DNA of 64,000 nt from Carcharhinus amblyrhynchos. Its lineage: Eukaryota. A program made the translations under genes and the position numbers. Where the stretch lies: assembly GCA_965287045.1 (NCBI GenBank), contig OZ336879.1:58962001-59026000 (forward strand), written 5' to 3'. Numbering within the stretch: position 1 is the first letter of the stretch; the number at the start of each line of letters is the position of its first letter. Of this stretch, positions 1 to 11,070 are shown in pieces. The notes under the pieces are model-generated. The model had not been told where the DNA came from and searched no databases. It saw only the letters and a program-made list of their open reading frames with translations.

Positions 1-199
1 TAACAAAGAAAAAATTCACTCACATATAACTAAGTTGTAATGGCCCAGATCTTTCATTCCCCTGAGGGGATTGTATCCCAGTTCCCTCAGGATTCCCCAC
101 ACATGGACTGCACAGGAATTGCCAGGGAAGTTTAAACTTCTGATGGGTAATTACCCTGCACCTAGAACCATCTGACACTCTGACTTTGGACAGTTCCAA

Positions 200-905
200 T
201 TTCCTGATTGATTCCTTTGGCCATTTTCACTGTTGCCTCAGCCTTTTCATTCAACTGGGAATAGTGCAGAGAAGATGTATAATGCTAAATTTCCCAGTCC
301 TTTGTGAAGTGGCTGAACTTTACACTCATGAATTCATCACAATGTCTGAAATGCCATAACAACTGAGATGTGCTTTCAAACAGTCTGCTATCTCTCCTTC
401 AGTCATTGAAATCAACTAGTCTAACTCCCTGTAAATTAGTAGTTGACAGTGACAAGATAATTGGTTCCTGCTATACTGAAGAGCTCTACTCCCAGCTTCA
501 TCCGTGGTCTGTCTGGGATGTCATGGGATATTTAGCTTGGCTTTCGTTATAAGCACCACACTGGTTGATTTAGTCCATAACTTCATTGCTCAGGTTTGGC
601 CAGTAGAGCATTTCTCTTACTCTCCTCAAATTCAGTTCAATTCCTTAATGGCCTGCTGGATGTGATTCAGTATTGTCTTCTGATAATGACTCTATTTCCT
701 CAATGCCATCTTGGGCTGTCAATTCATCTCAGTATGCCCAATATGGTGACACGGGGTGTCTTTAATGCTCTCAGGCCATCCTATCATCACTACTACTTGT
801 AGCAGTTGGAGAGTTGCATCTTGTTGGGCAGTTGGCTTAATTTGAGCAAAAGGGCTTGTCTGTCAGATTCAATGGACAGAGTCTTATTGTATTTTTTCAA
901 AGTAT
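200..905 (-). mobile_element. Gypsy/Ty3 LTR-retrotransposon integrase remnant (frameshifted)
   Basis: Minus-strand reading gives integrase-like pieces such as LKAHLSCYGISDIV and HYSQLNEKAEATVKMAKG. It is colinear with the RT/RNaseH remnant at 4731-5710. Confidence 0.75.
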
Positions 906-985
906 CAGGCTCAGATTGAAAACCAGTTTGTAGCCAGGGCGGTGCCAGGGAACTGTTGCCTTATAGCCCCTGGGGAGAGGGATAA

Positions 986-1294
986 ACGCAGTAAAAAGTC
1001 TGACAACACCAGGTTTCAGTCCAACCGATTTATTTGATAGTAAACTCACTAGCTTTTGAGGTTTCCCTCTTCTTCAGGTGAATGGAGAGTTCTGGCCTCA
1101 GACAGAGCATATAAAGCACAGACTGTCTGTGCTTTACACGCTCTGTCTGAGGCCAGAACTCTCCATTCACCTGAAGAAGAGGGAAACCTCGAAAGCTAGT
1201 GAGTTTACTATCAAATAAATTGGTTGGACTGAAACCTGGTGTTGTCAGACTTTTTACTGTGTTTACCCCAGTCCAACACTGGCATATCCATATC
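986..1294 (+). mobile_element. Non-autonomous Penelope-like element: inverted pLTR palindrome (983-1265, centre 1124) plus ~30-nt unpaired tail
   Basis: Near-perfect ~141-bp arms with a 1-nt loop. The tail ccccagtccaacactggcatatccatatc matches the GIY-YIG-bearing element at 16.8 kb. An 11-bp duplication gagagggataa flanks it at 975-985 and 1295-1305. Confidence 0.88.
1165..1204 (+). ncRNA. Minimal type I hammerhead ribozyme motif (PLE-type)
   Basis: attcac-CTGAAGA-a-gagg(gaaa)cctc-GAAA-gcta-gtgagt. Both core boxes are present, with a 6-bp stem I, a 4-bp stem II with GAAA loop, a palindromic AGCT in place of stem III, and a putative CUA cleavage site. Confidence 0.8.
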
Positions 1295-1351
1295 GAGAGG
1301 GATAAGCCCAGACAGTTCCCTGGCTACACACTAGTTTTCAGTCTGAGTTGT

Positions 1352-4300
1352 TGCAAACCTTGCCAACGTGGTTGCAGGATGGTCATGACTGGGAATTGAA
1401 TATCCAGGGGTATCAAACTGTTTGGAGGGACCGACAGGAAGGTAAGGGAGGTGGTGTGGCTCTGATATTTAAGGATGATATCAGGGTGGTAGCGAGAGAT
1501 GATACAGGTTCTATGGAAAAAAGGTTGAATCCATTTGGGTGGAAATTAGAAATAGTAAGGAGAAAAAGTCACTGATAGGTGTAATCTATATGCCACCAAA
1601 TTATGACATCAAGGTGGGACAAGAAATAACTGATGCATGTAAAAATGGTGCAGCAATTATCGTGGAGGATTTAACCTACATATCAATTGGTCAAGGTAGC
1701 CTTGAGGAATAGTTCATAGAATGTATCCGCGATAGCTTCCTTGAACAGTATGTAATGGAACCGACGACGGAGCAAGTTATTCTAGACCGGGTCCTGTGTA
1801 ATGAGACGGGAATAATTAATGATCTTGCAGTTAGGGATCCTCTTGGAAGAAGTGATCAAAGTATGTTTGAATTTAAAATACAGATGGAGCGTGAGAAAGT
1901 AAAATCCAATACCAATCTTGTGCTTAAACAAAGGAGACTATAAAGGGATGAGAGAGGAGTTGGCTAAGGTAGACTGGGAGCCAAAACTTTATGGTGGGAC
2001 AACTGAAGAACAGTGAAGGATTTTCAAAGTGATTTTTCAGTGCTCAGCAAAAATATATACCAGTGATAAGGAAGGACTGTAGAAAGAGATAATCAGCCAT
2101 GGCTATCTAAGGAAATAAAGGAGGGCATCAAATTGAAAGAAAATGCATACAAAGTGGCAAAGATTAGTGGGAACCTACAGGATTGGGAAATCTTTAAAGG
2201 CCAGCAGAAAGCCATGAAAAAAACTATAAAGAAAGGTAAGATGGATTATGAGAGTAAACTAGCTCAGAATAAAAATAACATAGCAAAAGTTTCTACAAAT
2301 ATGTAAAATGAAAAAGAGTGGCTAAAGTAAACATTGGTCCTTTTAGAGGACAAGAAGGAGGATGTAATAACAGGAAATGAGAAAATGGCTGAGGCATTGA
2401 ACAGGTATTTTGTGTCAGTCTTCACAATGGAAGACACAAATAACAAGCCAAAAATTGATAAGAGGAAGGCTATGGCAGGTGAGGACTTAAAACTATCATT
2501 ATCACGAAAGAGGTAGTGTTGGGCAAGTTAATGGGGCTAAAGGTAGATATGTCTCCTAGTCTGATGGAACGCATCCCAGGGTACTAAAAGAAATGGCGGG
2601 GGAAATAGCAAATGCACTAGTAGAAATTTACCAAAATTCACTGGACTCTGGGGTAGTTCCTGCAGATTAGAAAACAGCAAATGTAACACCACTGTTTAAA
2701 AAAGGAGGAAGACAAAAAGCAGGTAACCATAGGCCCATTAGCTTAACTTCAGTAGTAGGAAAATGCTTGAGTCGATCATCAAGGAAGAAATAGCGAGACA
2801 TCTGGATATAAATTGTCCCATTGGTAAGACACAGCATGGGTTCATAAAGGGCAGGTCACGTTTGACTAATTTGGTGGAATTCTTTGAGGACATTACATGT
2901 GCAGTGGACAATGGGGAACCTATGGATGTGGTGTATCTGGATTTCCAGGAGGCATTTGACAAGGTGCCACACGAAAGACTGCTACATGAGATAAAGGTGC
3001 ACACTGTTACGGGGTAATGTATTAACATAGAGGATTGGTTAACTAACAGAAAGCAAAGAGTGGAGGTAAATGGGTGTTTGGCGATCAGTGACAAGTGGTG
3101 TGCCTCAGGGATCAGTGTTGGTACTGTAATTGTTTACGATTTACGTAGATGATTTGGAGTTGGGGACCAAGTGTGGAGGCATTGGAAAGGGTGCAGAGGA
3201 GGTTTACCAGGATGTTGCCTGGTATGGCGGGAAGGTCTTATGAGGAAAGGCTGAGGGACTTGAGGTTATTTTCATTAGCGAGAAGAAGGTTACGAGGTGA
3301 CCTAATTGAGGTATACAAGATGATCAGAGGATTGGATAGGGTGGACAGTGAGAGCCTTTTTCCTCAGATGGTGATGGCTAACACGAGGGGACACAGCTTT
3401 AAATCAAGGGGTGGTAATTATAGGACGGATGTCAGAGGTAGGCTGTTTACTCAGAAGGTAGTAAGGGCGTGGAATGCCCTGCCTGCAGCAGTTGTGGACT
3501 CGCCAACTTTAAGGGCGTTCAAATGGTCGGTGGATAGGCATATGGATAACACTGGAATAGTTTAGGTTAGAGGGTCATTAGATTGGTTCCACTGGTCGGC
3601 ACAACATCGAGGGCTGAAGGGCCTGTACTGCGCTGTTGTGTTCTATGTTCTAAGTGTAGTGTGTCAACATTCGCAGATGAAACTAAATTGGGTGGAAGAG
3701 CAAAGTGTGCTGAGGACGCTGAAAGTCTGCAAAGGGATATAGATAATCTAAGTGAGTGCACGAGAGTCTGGCAGATGGAGTACAATGTTGGTAAATGTGA
3801 GGTCATCCATTTTGGTAGGGATAACAGCAAAATGGAGTATTATTTAAATGGTAAATTGCAACATGCTGCTATACAGTGGGACCTGAGTGTCCTTGTGCAG
3901 GAATCTCAAGGAGTTGGTTTGCAGGTGCAGCAGGTAATTAAGAAGGCAAATGGAATTTTGTCCTTCATTGCCAGAGGGATGGAGTTTAAAACAGGGAGAT
4001 TACGTTGCAGCTGTATAAGGTACTGGTGAGGCCACACTGGAGTACTGTGTACAGTTTTGGTCTCCTTATTTGAGAAAGGATATACAGGCAATGGAGCGGA
4101 TGCAGAGGAGATTCACTAGGTTGATTCTGGAGTTGAGAGGGTTGGCTTATGAGGAGAGATTGAGTAGACTGGGGCTCTTCTCATTGGAATTCAGAAGAAT
4201 GAGGGGAAATCTTATAGAAACATATAAGATTATGAAGGGAATAGATAAGATAGAAGCAGGGAAGTTGTTTCCACTGGCAGGTGAAACTAGAATTAGTGGG

Positions 4301-4594
4301 CATGGCCTCAAAATGAGGGGAAACAGATTTAGGACTGAGCTGAGGACTTCTTCACACAAAGGGTTGTGAATCTGTGGAATTCCCTGCCCAGCGAAGCAGT
4401 TGAGGCTGCTTCATTAAATGTTTTTAAGGCAAGGATAGATAAATTTTTGAACAGTAAAGGAATTAAGGGTTATGGTGAGCAGGTGGATAGGTGGAGATGA
4501 GTCCAGAAAAAGATCAGCCATGATATTGAATGGCGGAGCAGGCTGGAGGGGCCAGATGGCCTATTCCTGCTCCTAGTTTTTATGTTCTTATGTT
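1352..4594 (+). mobile_element. CR1 LINE ORF2 (APE endonuclease + RT), degenerate, with 3' tail
   Basis: Motifs RDRQEGKGGGVAL, VVYLDFQEAFDKVPH, FADETKLGG and QRRFTRLI, followed by a ttatgttcttatg tail. Confidence 0.95.
3175..3651 (+). mobile_element. 5'-truncated CR1 (different subfamily) nested inside the RT of the larger CR1
   Basis: Open C-terminal frame (ALERVQRRFTRMLPG...VRAWNALP), a tgttctatgttct tail, and TSD aagtgt at 3169-3174 and 3652-3657. The host frame resumes after it. Confidence 0.92.
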
Positions 4595-4605
4595 ATCTTT
4601 ATATG

Positions 4606-4730
4606 ACTTCACCTTGCGACGTCACTGGCAATGGGCATGGAAAATCAGGAAATGCAATTATTCTGGAGAGAATCACCTGCCCCAATTCTCTCCGGATTTT
4701 CTACCCACATAGCGGGCTGAAAATCACCCC
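4606..4730. mobile_element. Short MITE-like repeat (GGAAAATC/GATTTT-type termini, possibly Harbinger-related)
   Basis: Internal inverted motifs ggaaaatc..ggagagaat / attctctccggatttt, ending in gaaaatcacccc like other short repeats in the window. Confidence 0.45.
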
Positions 4731-5710
4731 TGATGTCTCTGCTGGATTGATGACTTCCAGTTCATGTCAAGTTGCTGCTCACATTCAATCTGGAAGATTT
4801 CACATGACTTTGTTGCATTCTCAACTTTCTTCATAGGGAGTGCTGCTTTTGACAGCATGTCAGCAATGTACATCTGTTTCCCTTGCCAGAATGTCACATC
4901 CAGATGATATCTTTGTAAACAAAATAACATTCTTTGGAGCAGAGGAGCAGTTGTGAAAAATGCTTTGAAGTGGCCTGTGATCAGCGTCCGCTGTTACTTT
5001 GCCTCTCCTGAGCAGGTATTGATGAAAATGTTCATAAGCACAAGCAATAACCAGGCACGCTTTCTCAATCTGAATGTAGCATCGGTCAGTTTGCGTTAAG
5101 GTCCTAGATGCAAATGCAACTGATTGTCCATGCTGCATTAGGGTTGTTCCAAAACCTGTCTTGGGCAAGATGACATCATCATTGACATAACAGTTCTTCA
5201 GCACTGGCGTTTTTCGTTGCTAGGTGTTTGATTTTGGTGAATGCTGCTTCTTGTTCTGTGCCTCCAAGACCACTGCACATCCTTGACCGTGATCCTAAAA
5301 AATGGTTCACATTCTGATTACAAATCAGGCAAACATTTTGTTAAATAGTTCATGAATCCACAAATCATTGCGCTGCTTTCTCATCTAGCTGTTGCTACAT
5401 CGCTGCCTCAGCTCTCACCTTGTCAGGATCTCATAGAATCCCTACAATGCAGAAGGAGGCCATTTGACCTATTGAGTCTGCACCAACAATGATCCGATAA
5501 TGTTGAAGATGTTTTGCTGTCAGTAAATGACACGTGTACTTGACTTTAGGCATCTTCAATTGCAATTCCTTTCTCATTCAGCTTTTGACAAGCTCCCTCC
5601 AGCAGTCATATTAAATTCTGATCACGGTCAGTTATGGTTTCTTTCATTCTGTCTCCACATCCATTAATGAGTAGATCGTTCAATATGGCTTTCACTCCAG
5701 GAGATTATTA
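4731..5710 (-). mobile_element. Gypsy pol remnant (RT-RNase H), interrupted by a SINE tail at ~5430-5490
   Basis: ORFs contain AFASRTLTQTDRCYIQIEKACL, DHRPLQSIF and GKQMYIADMLSKA, which are typical Gypsy RNase H motifs. Confidence 0.88.
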
Positions 5711-6767
5711 TCGGTTGTTGTAGAGAAATCATGAGTAATCTTCCCATTGGCCAGTAATTACAAGTATTTGTGAAAAGTTATTTATAATGCTTATATAAGT
5801 GCTCAGACATGGGTTGAATACTGCAAAAGCTATTTGCAAAGGTACATTAAATAGGGGAGCAGATCTGGTATCTCTGCATTTGCCACAGGGTAGCATCAAT
5901 CTCAGGAGACTTGCTAAAAGTGGGGGAAATGTGGGGTTCTTGCTGGGAGAAAGTTGGGAGTTAATAGTTGTGCCAATCCAAACACAAGGTTTGGAGATGA
6001 ATGTAAGAAACCCAGATATAGATTTGTGAGAAACCCAGTAATGACCTAGGTCATTGTCATAAAGATTCAATGTTGATCATATGAAACCTAGAAGTAAACA
6101 TAGGTTTAGGGGTTTGCTGCAAGAATCAGAGAACTAGAGGTTTGAAATTTGCTGGGATTTTTCAGTCCCACGAGTGAGTTTTCCGGCAGTGGATTTCCTG
6201 GCAATGCAGCCCACTTTTAGCAAGTGTCCTGAAATTGATGCTACCCTGTGGCAAATGCAGAGATACCAGTGCTGCTCCCCTATTTAATATACATTTGCAG
6301 GTAGCTTTTGCAGTACTCAACCCATGTCTGAACACTTGTATAAGCACAACAAATAACTTCTCTGAATATTTGTAATTCCATTGGGAAGAATTCTCATGAT
6401 TTCTCTACAACAACCAACAACAATAATCTCCTGGAGTGGAAGCCATTGTGAATGATCTATTCATTAATGGATGTGGAGACAGAATGGAAAAACCATAGCT
6501 GAGCATGGTCAGATTTAATACACTGCTGGAGGGAACTTGCAAAAGCTGAATGAGAAAGAAATTGCAATTGAAGATACCTGAAGTCAAGTACACATGTCAT
6601 TTACTGACAGCAAAACGGCTTCAACATTGTCAGATCATTGTCCGTACAGACTCAATGGGCTGAATGGCCTCCTTCTGCATTGTAAGGATTCTATGAGAAC
6701 CTACAAGGTGAGAGCTGTAGCAATGATGTAGCAACCGATAGATGTGAAAGCAACACAATTTGTGGAT
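5356..6767. repeat. Large local inverted duplication (arms 5356-5924 and 6210-6767, ~285-bp spacer)
   Basis: Reverse-complement match by eye along ~560 bp. The ORF track shows the same pseudo-peptide on both strands (5799+ and 6162-). Confidence 0.95.
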
Positions 6768-7111
6768 CTATACGCCTTTGTCTTCAGCAGGACTAGGAGA
6801 TCTCACTTGTGGCCACGGGGGTAGTGGAAATCTCAGCCAGGTATGGGTTAGATGGGTATTAGAATTAGATGACTCACAGCTTAAGAATGATTAAGCCTAG
6901 CTGTGCTCACTTAGAAGAAAAAAACTAAACTGAAGCAAGAGGCTCTAAGCATGTGAAAAGTTATTTTAAAGCTTTGTTACATGGTCCTGTTACAAAAACT
7001 CGTTACATTAATAGAAGCTTATGTATCATCTCTGCATACCTCTTCTACGCTTCTGGTGAGTCTGTATCATCTGTCAGAAAGGATATAGCCAGGAATGGTG
7101 ATGAGTCTTAA

Positions 7112-7420
7112 AGTTTAAAAGTTGAAGTTTATTTTATTGGTCACAATCAGGCTTATATTCACATTGCAATGAAGTTACTGTGAAAATCCCCTAGTCACCA
7201 CACTCCGGCACTATTCGGGTACATTGAGGGAGAATTTAGCAAGACCGATGCACCTAACCTACACATCTTTGGACTGTGGGAAGAAATCGCAGCACCTGGA
7301 GGAAACCCACAAAGACACAGGGAGAAAGTGCAAACTCCACACAGTTTCCAAGCCGGAAATCAAACCCAGGTTCCTTGTAACTGTGAGGCAGCAGTGCTAA
7401 CCATTGTGCCACCATACCAC
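7112..7420 (-). mobile_element. V-SINE (HE1-like), tail type B
   Basis: tRNA-like head, V-domain (gtgggtttcctcc..ggtgct), and tail tcacagtaacttcattgca..tgtgac..aataaa on the minus strand. Confidence 0.9.
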
Positions 7421-7664
7421 TCCAAGTCTGTGCTCTTATCTGAAAGATGTAATTCTGTAGACATGACTATGTCAAGGTACAGTCAGGTTAATCTGTAGTG
7501 GGCTTTCCTCATGTGTTAGTGAGGAAGACACTGCAGTATTGAATGGGATGAGTGTGTCTTTGTCGTATCTGAATTTGGCGCCAAACTCAAAATCAGGTGG
7601 TCTATCCAGTTCAATTCTTATTACAATTTCTCATCGTAATTTTGATGAAATTAATGACTTTTGA

Positions 7665-7905
7665 GGCTATTTCAGAAGATAATTAAGAGTCAATCATGTT
7701 CCTATGAATCTAGAGTCACACGCTAGCCAGACCAGGCAAGGGAGGTTTCTTTTTCCATAAAGTGCATGAATGTACAAGTAGGTTTTTATGATAATGCAGT
7801 AGTTTTATGGTTGCCTTTACTGAGATTATTCTTTTATTCCAGAATTGTTAACTGAATTTAAATTTGCTAGTGCAATGGCTTGATTTGAACTCAAGCTTGC
7901 AGACT
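7665..7905 (-). mobile_element. Degenerate tRNA-derived SINE (family also at 16.7k, 42.1k, 50.3k, 51.8k)
   Basis: Shares gagtcaa..tagagtcaca..gccagaccagg and attccaga..gaatttaaatt..gatttgaac with the other copies. Confidence 0.7.
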
Positions 7906-8449
7906 ATTTGTTTTAATTATTTTGTTTAATTATAAAAGAGGTCAGATTCAGGTTGTTGCAGAGACGCCCGAGGTATTTAGAACATTGGTTGGAATGATTC
8001 ACAGATGGTTCAGCCATTATGGATTGTTTACTTTGGCATTTTGTATTATTTTTGAAATAATGGCAGGAATTCTACATTCTCTTATCAGTGGGTTTGTAGA
8101 CAGGGATGAGTGTAAAATATTATGGATGGGCATCCCAGTGGATTCCCACCCACCTTGGCCTCCCAGCAATTTCACATTGTGACTTGTGCCATCCAGCCTT
8201 GTTCCACTTGAGGCCCTTCAGTGGCCCATTATTGACCATGCACCCAACACACCCCCCCCCACCCCCCCCCCCCCCCACCCCCCGCAGCCAGTTAATGCTT
8301 GCTGGGAGTGTTAAATAGCTGCAGGGAGCATTGGTGAGAATGTCTTTCCCATCTTGGAATGGCAGGGCTGGAAACCTGCCATATTAAAAATCCAGGCCTA
8401 GTGTCGTTCCTTTGATCCTAAGTGGTTCACCACATTGCGATGGGATGGG

Positions 8450-8600
8450 ACAAAAACAGAAAATGATGGAATAGGGCCAACGTTTTGTGTTTGGATGACA
8501 TTGGCTCTATTCTGTCTCCACAGATGCTGTCAGATCTGCTGAGTTTTTCCATCATTTTCTGTTTGTTTCAGATTCCAGCATCAACAGAATTTTGCCTTTA
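8450..8600 (+). mobile_element. Hairpin fragment of a second PLE-like non-autonomous family
   Basis: acattggctctattctgtctccacagatgctgtcaga..ctgctgag..ttttcc is shared with 52071-52291 and 29650-29750; it has terminal inverted arms. Confidence 0.7.
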
Positions 8601-9852
8601 TCTTTGTGATATAATGGGGTTTCATTCTACATGCCAGATTGATGGCCCTAATTGGACAGACAACGCATAAGTTGCCTCCAAATTGAGGGGGCAATTCTCC
8701 ATTCAAGATAGCAAAGTGAGGACTGAAAAGCATGGATATTTCTGTCTTTAGATGTTAGGTATGAATCAGTCTTCCCTGCCTTCATTTAATTTCTGGTCTC
8801 CCTCTGCAGTAAGTCTAGCAAGAGCTGGTGGTCAGGCATAGTGCACTGCTGTCTCACAGGGAGGATGCCCTGAGTGCAAAACAGGGGAAACTTCTTTGCA
8901 TCTGCTCCTTGCAGCGGAATATTCACTCCTCCAACTATCAAAGAGTACAGTTCGCCCACTGATTCTAAATTTGTGTTTGCACATTGGATTTCCTTTCTTA
9001 TGCTTTGAGTTGTCAATTCTTTCACCATATATTGTATTTGTTCTGACTTCACTAGACACAATCATTTACATTTAAGTAACTGGAAGCTTTTAAACAAAAT
9101 AAGGGGTGGGAGCGTTGTTAATTGGGTAACTCCCAAAATCACGCATTGGTATTGCAATGCACAATTACCTTGCACACATTCCAGAGATGCAGGCAGAAGG
9201 TAAACTTCATGATGCCTGCTAATTGTAATGAATGGGAATTGCAGAAGATTGGTTATTCCATACTGCAAGTTGTTAAGGCAAAGGAACTGGTTTAGTCAGT
9301 GGAGTTCTCCTCATCACAGTCAAAGATCTAAAATTGTCCTTGTGAATTGGTGCTGGGGTGAAAACTCAGGAATCCAGGGAAATGGATTTTTGGCAGATGT
9401 GTTTGAAATTCTGCAGGGTGGACCATTGTTGGAGAAGATCAAATCAGAAGAACCTTTGGAGCCTGGAAAATGCATGGGATTACGGAAATAGGGCAGGGGG
9501 GAGGATCTGGGTGGAAAACTTTTTCAGAGAGTCAATGCAGACTCAGCAGGCCAAATGGCCTCTGAAAATCCCTGCACTGTAGGGATTCTATGATTCTATT
9601 TTAGAATTCCAAGACGAAAACTGGAATCTCTCATCGAAAAGATAGAGTTGTTTCAAAGAGATTGACTGACTCAGTATTTACTGACGTTTAGATGGGTTGC
9701 TGAGTAATCCATTGGTTGTGTCTTGATCTTATCTGTGTTAGACACTCGTTTGCTTCTTAATTCGTGTATAGCTCATATTAACACTGTTGGAACATAAGAT
9801 AGATATTATAATTTGTTTTATCGTTCTGATCTCATATAGCAACCTAAAAACC

Positions 9853-10421
9853 ATGGAGTACTGTGTGCAGTTTTGGGCGCCGCACCTGCGCAAGGATATT
9901 TTGGCCCTGGAGGGAGTGCAGAGGAGGTTTACTAGGCTGATACCGGAGTTGAGGGGATTGAGCTATGAGGAGAGGCTGAATAAACTAGGCTTGTACTCGT
10001 TAGAGTTTAGAAGAATGAGGGGAGATCTCATTGAGACGTATAAGATGATGAATGGGATGGATAGGATAGAGGTGGAGAGACTCTTCCCGCTCAAAAAAGA
10101 CAGTAGGACTAGGGGGCACAGCCTCAAGATAAAGGGGAGGCGGTTTAGAACGGAGTTGAGGAGGAACTTCTTCACTCAAAGGGTGGTGAATCTCTGGAAT
10201 TCTCTGCCCGTTGAAGTGGTGGAGGCTGCCTCGCTAAATATTTTTAAGAAGCGGGTTGATGGGTTCTTGATAAGAGAGGGGATTAAGGGTTATGGGGAGA
10301 GGGCGGGAAAGTGGAACTGAGCCACAACAGATCAGCCATGATCTTATTGAATGGCGGGGCAGGCTCAAAGGGCTAGATGGCCTACTCCTGCTCCTATTTC
10401 TTATGTTCTTATGTTCTTATG
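9853..10421 (+). mobile_element. Young 5'-truncated CR1 (open ORF2 C-terminus, (ttcttatg)3 tail)
   Basis: Uninterrupted EYCVQFWAPHLRKD...GYGERAGKWN, retained CpGs, and an octamer tail. Confidence 0.95.
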
Positions 10422-10859
10422 AATCTTGTGGTATTGTTCTCTTAGCAGGTATCTTGGATCTCAAACTTTGACTATTTTAAATAAAAAATTAATGAATTCT
10501 AACCGAATCATACCAAGAGCTTGTGGAGGTTGTCCTGGATCAGAAAAAGCTGAGACGCATCCTGACTATAAGAGAGGCTGGAACTGCTTAAAGAAGAGTG
10601 GTAGACCAGATAGAAGTTACAGAAATTGTGCAATCAGCCAGAGGAAGGGCTGGTTTACAGCTATTCAACTGTAGCAGCCGTATTATCCAACCACATTATG
10701 CCCCATGCATTGACACCCTTCCCTCTCTTTTTACAGGGCAAGGTGGTCCATAAAAGGTTGCAATGACAGCTATCTGGCAGGGGGTGTAGGAAGGGCTGCA
10801 TGTATTTGCCCTCATGGGGGAGACAATGTTGGAAATAAGTGGAGTGGCTCTCACCTTGT

Positions 10860-11070
10860 TATATGGATTTAAGGTGGAATTTGCTGCCTATGAGGATAAT
10901 AGAAGCAGAACTGATGAACAATTTCAATCAGAAATTGGATAGGCATTTGAGGGAAAGAAGCTTGGAATGCTGTAGGGATAGACTGAGAGAGCAAGACTGG
11001 TTAAATTGCTCTACAGAAAGCCAGCATGAGCTTGATGATCCAGAAGTTCTCCTTCTGTGCAGTAATGACT
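10860..11070 (+). mobile_element. Old CR1 3' fragment
   Basis: WNLLP..IEAE..NFNQKLDRHLRE is a CR1 ORF2 C-terminal motif. Confidence 0.65.

Larger units (their letters stand above)
907..1350. repeat. Outer inverted repeat (arms ~907-964 and ~1302-1350) enclosing the Penelope palindrome
   Basis: ctcagattgaaaaccagtttgtagcc...agggaactgt is the near reverse complement of acagttccctggctacacactagttttcagtctgag. Confidence 0.85.

Noticed and set aside
6040-6055. Perfect 16-bp palindrome aatgacctaggtcatt in the spacer of the large inverted repeat
   Set aside because: Offset from the symmetry axis (~6067). A single short palindrome is insufficient evidence of function.
7330-7420. tRNA-like A/B boxes in many SINE heads
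   Set aside because: These are SINE-derived Pol III boxes without a full cloverleaf, not tRNA genes.
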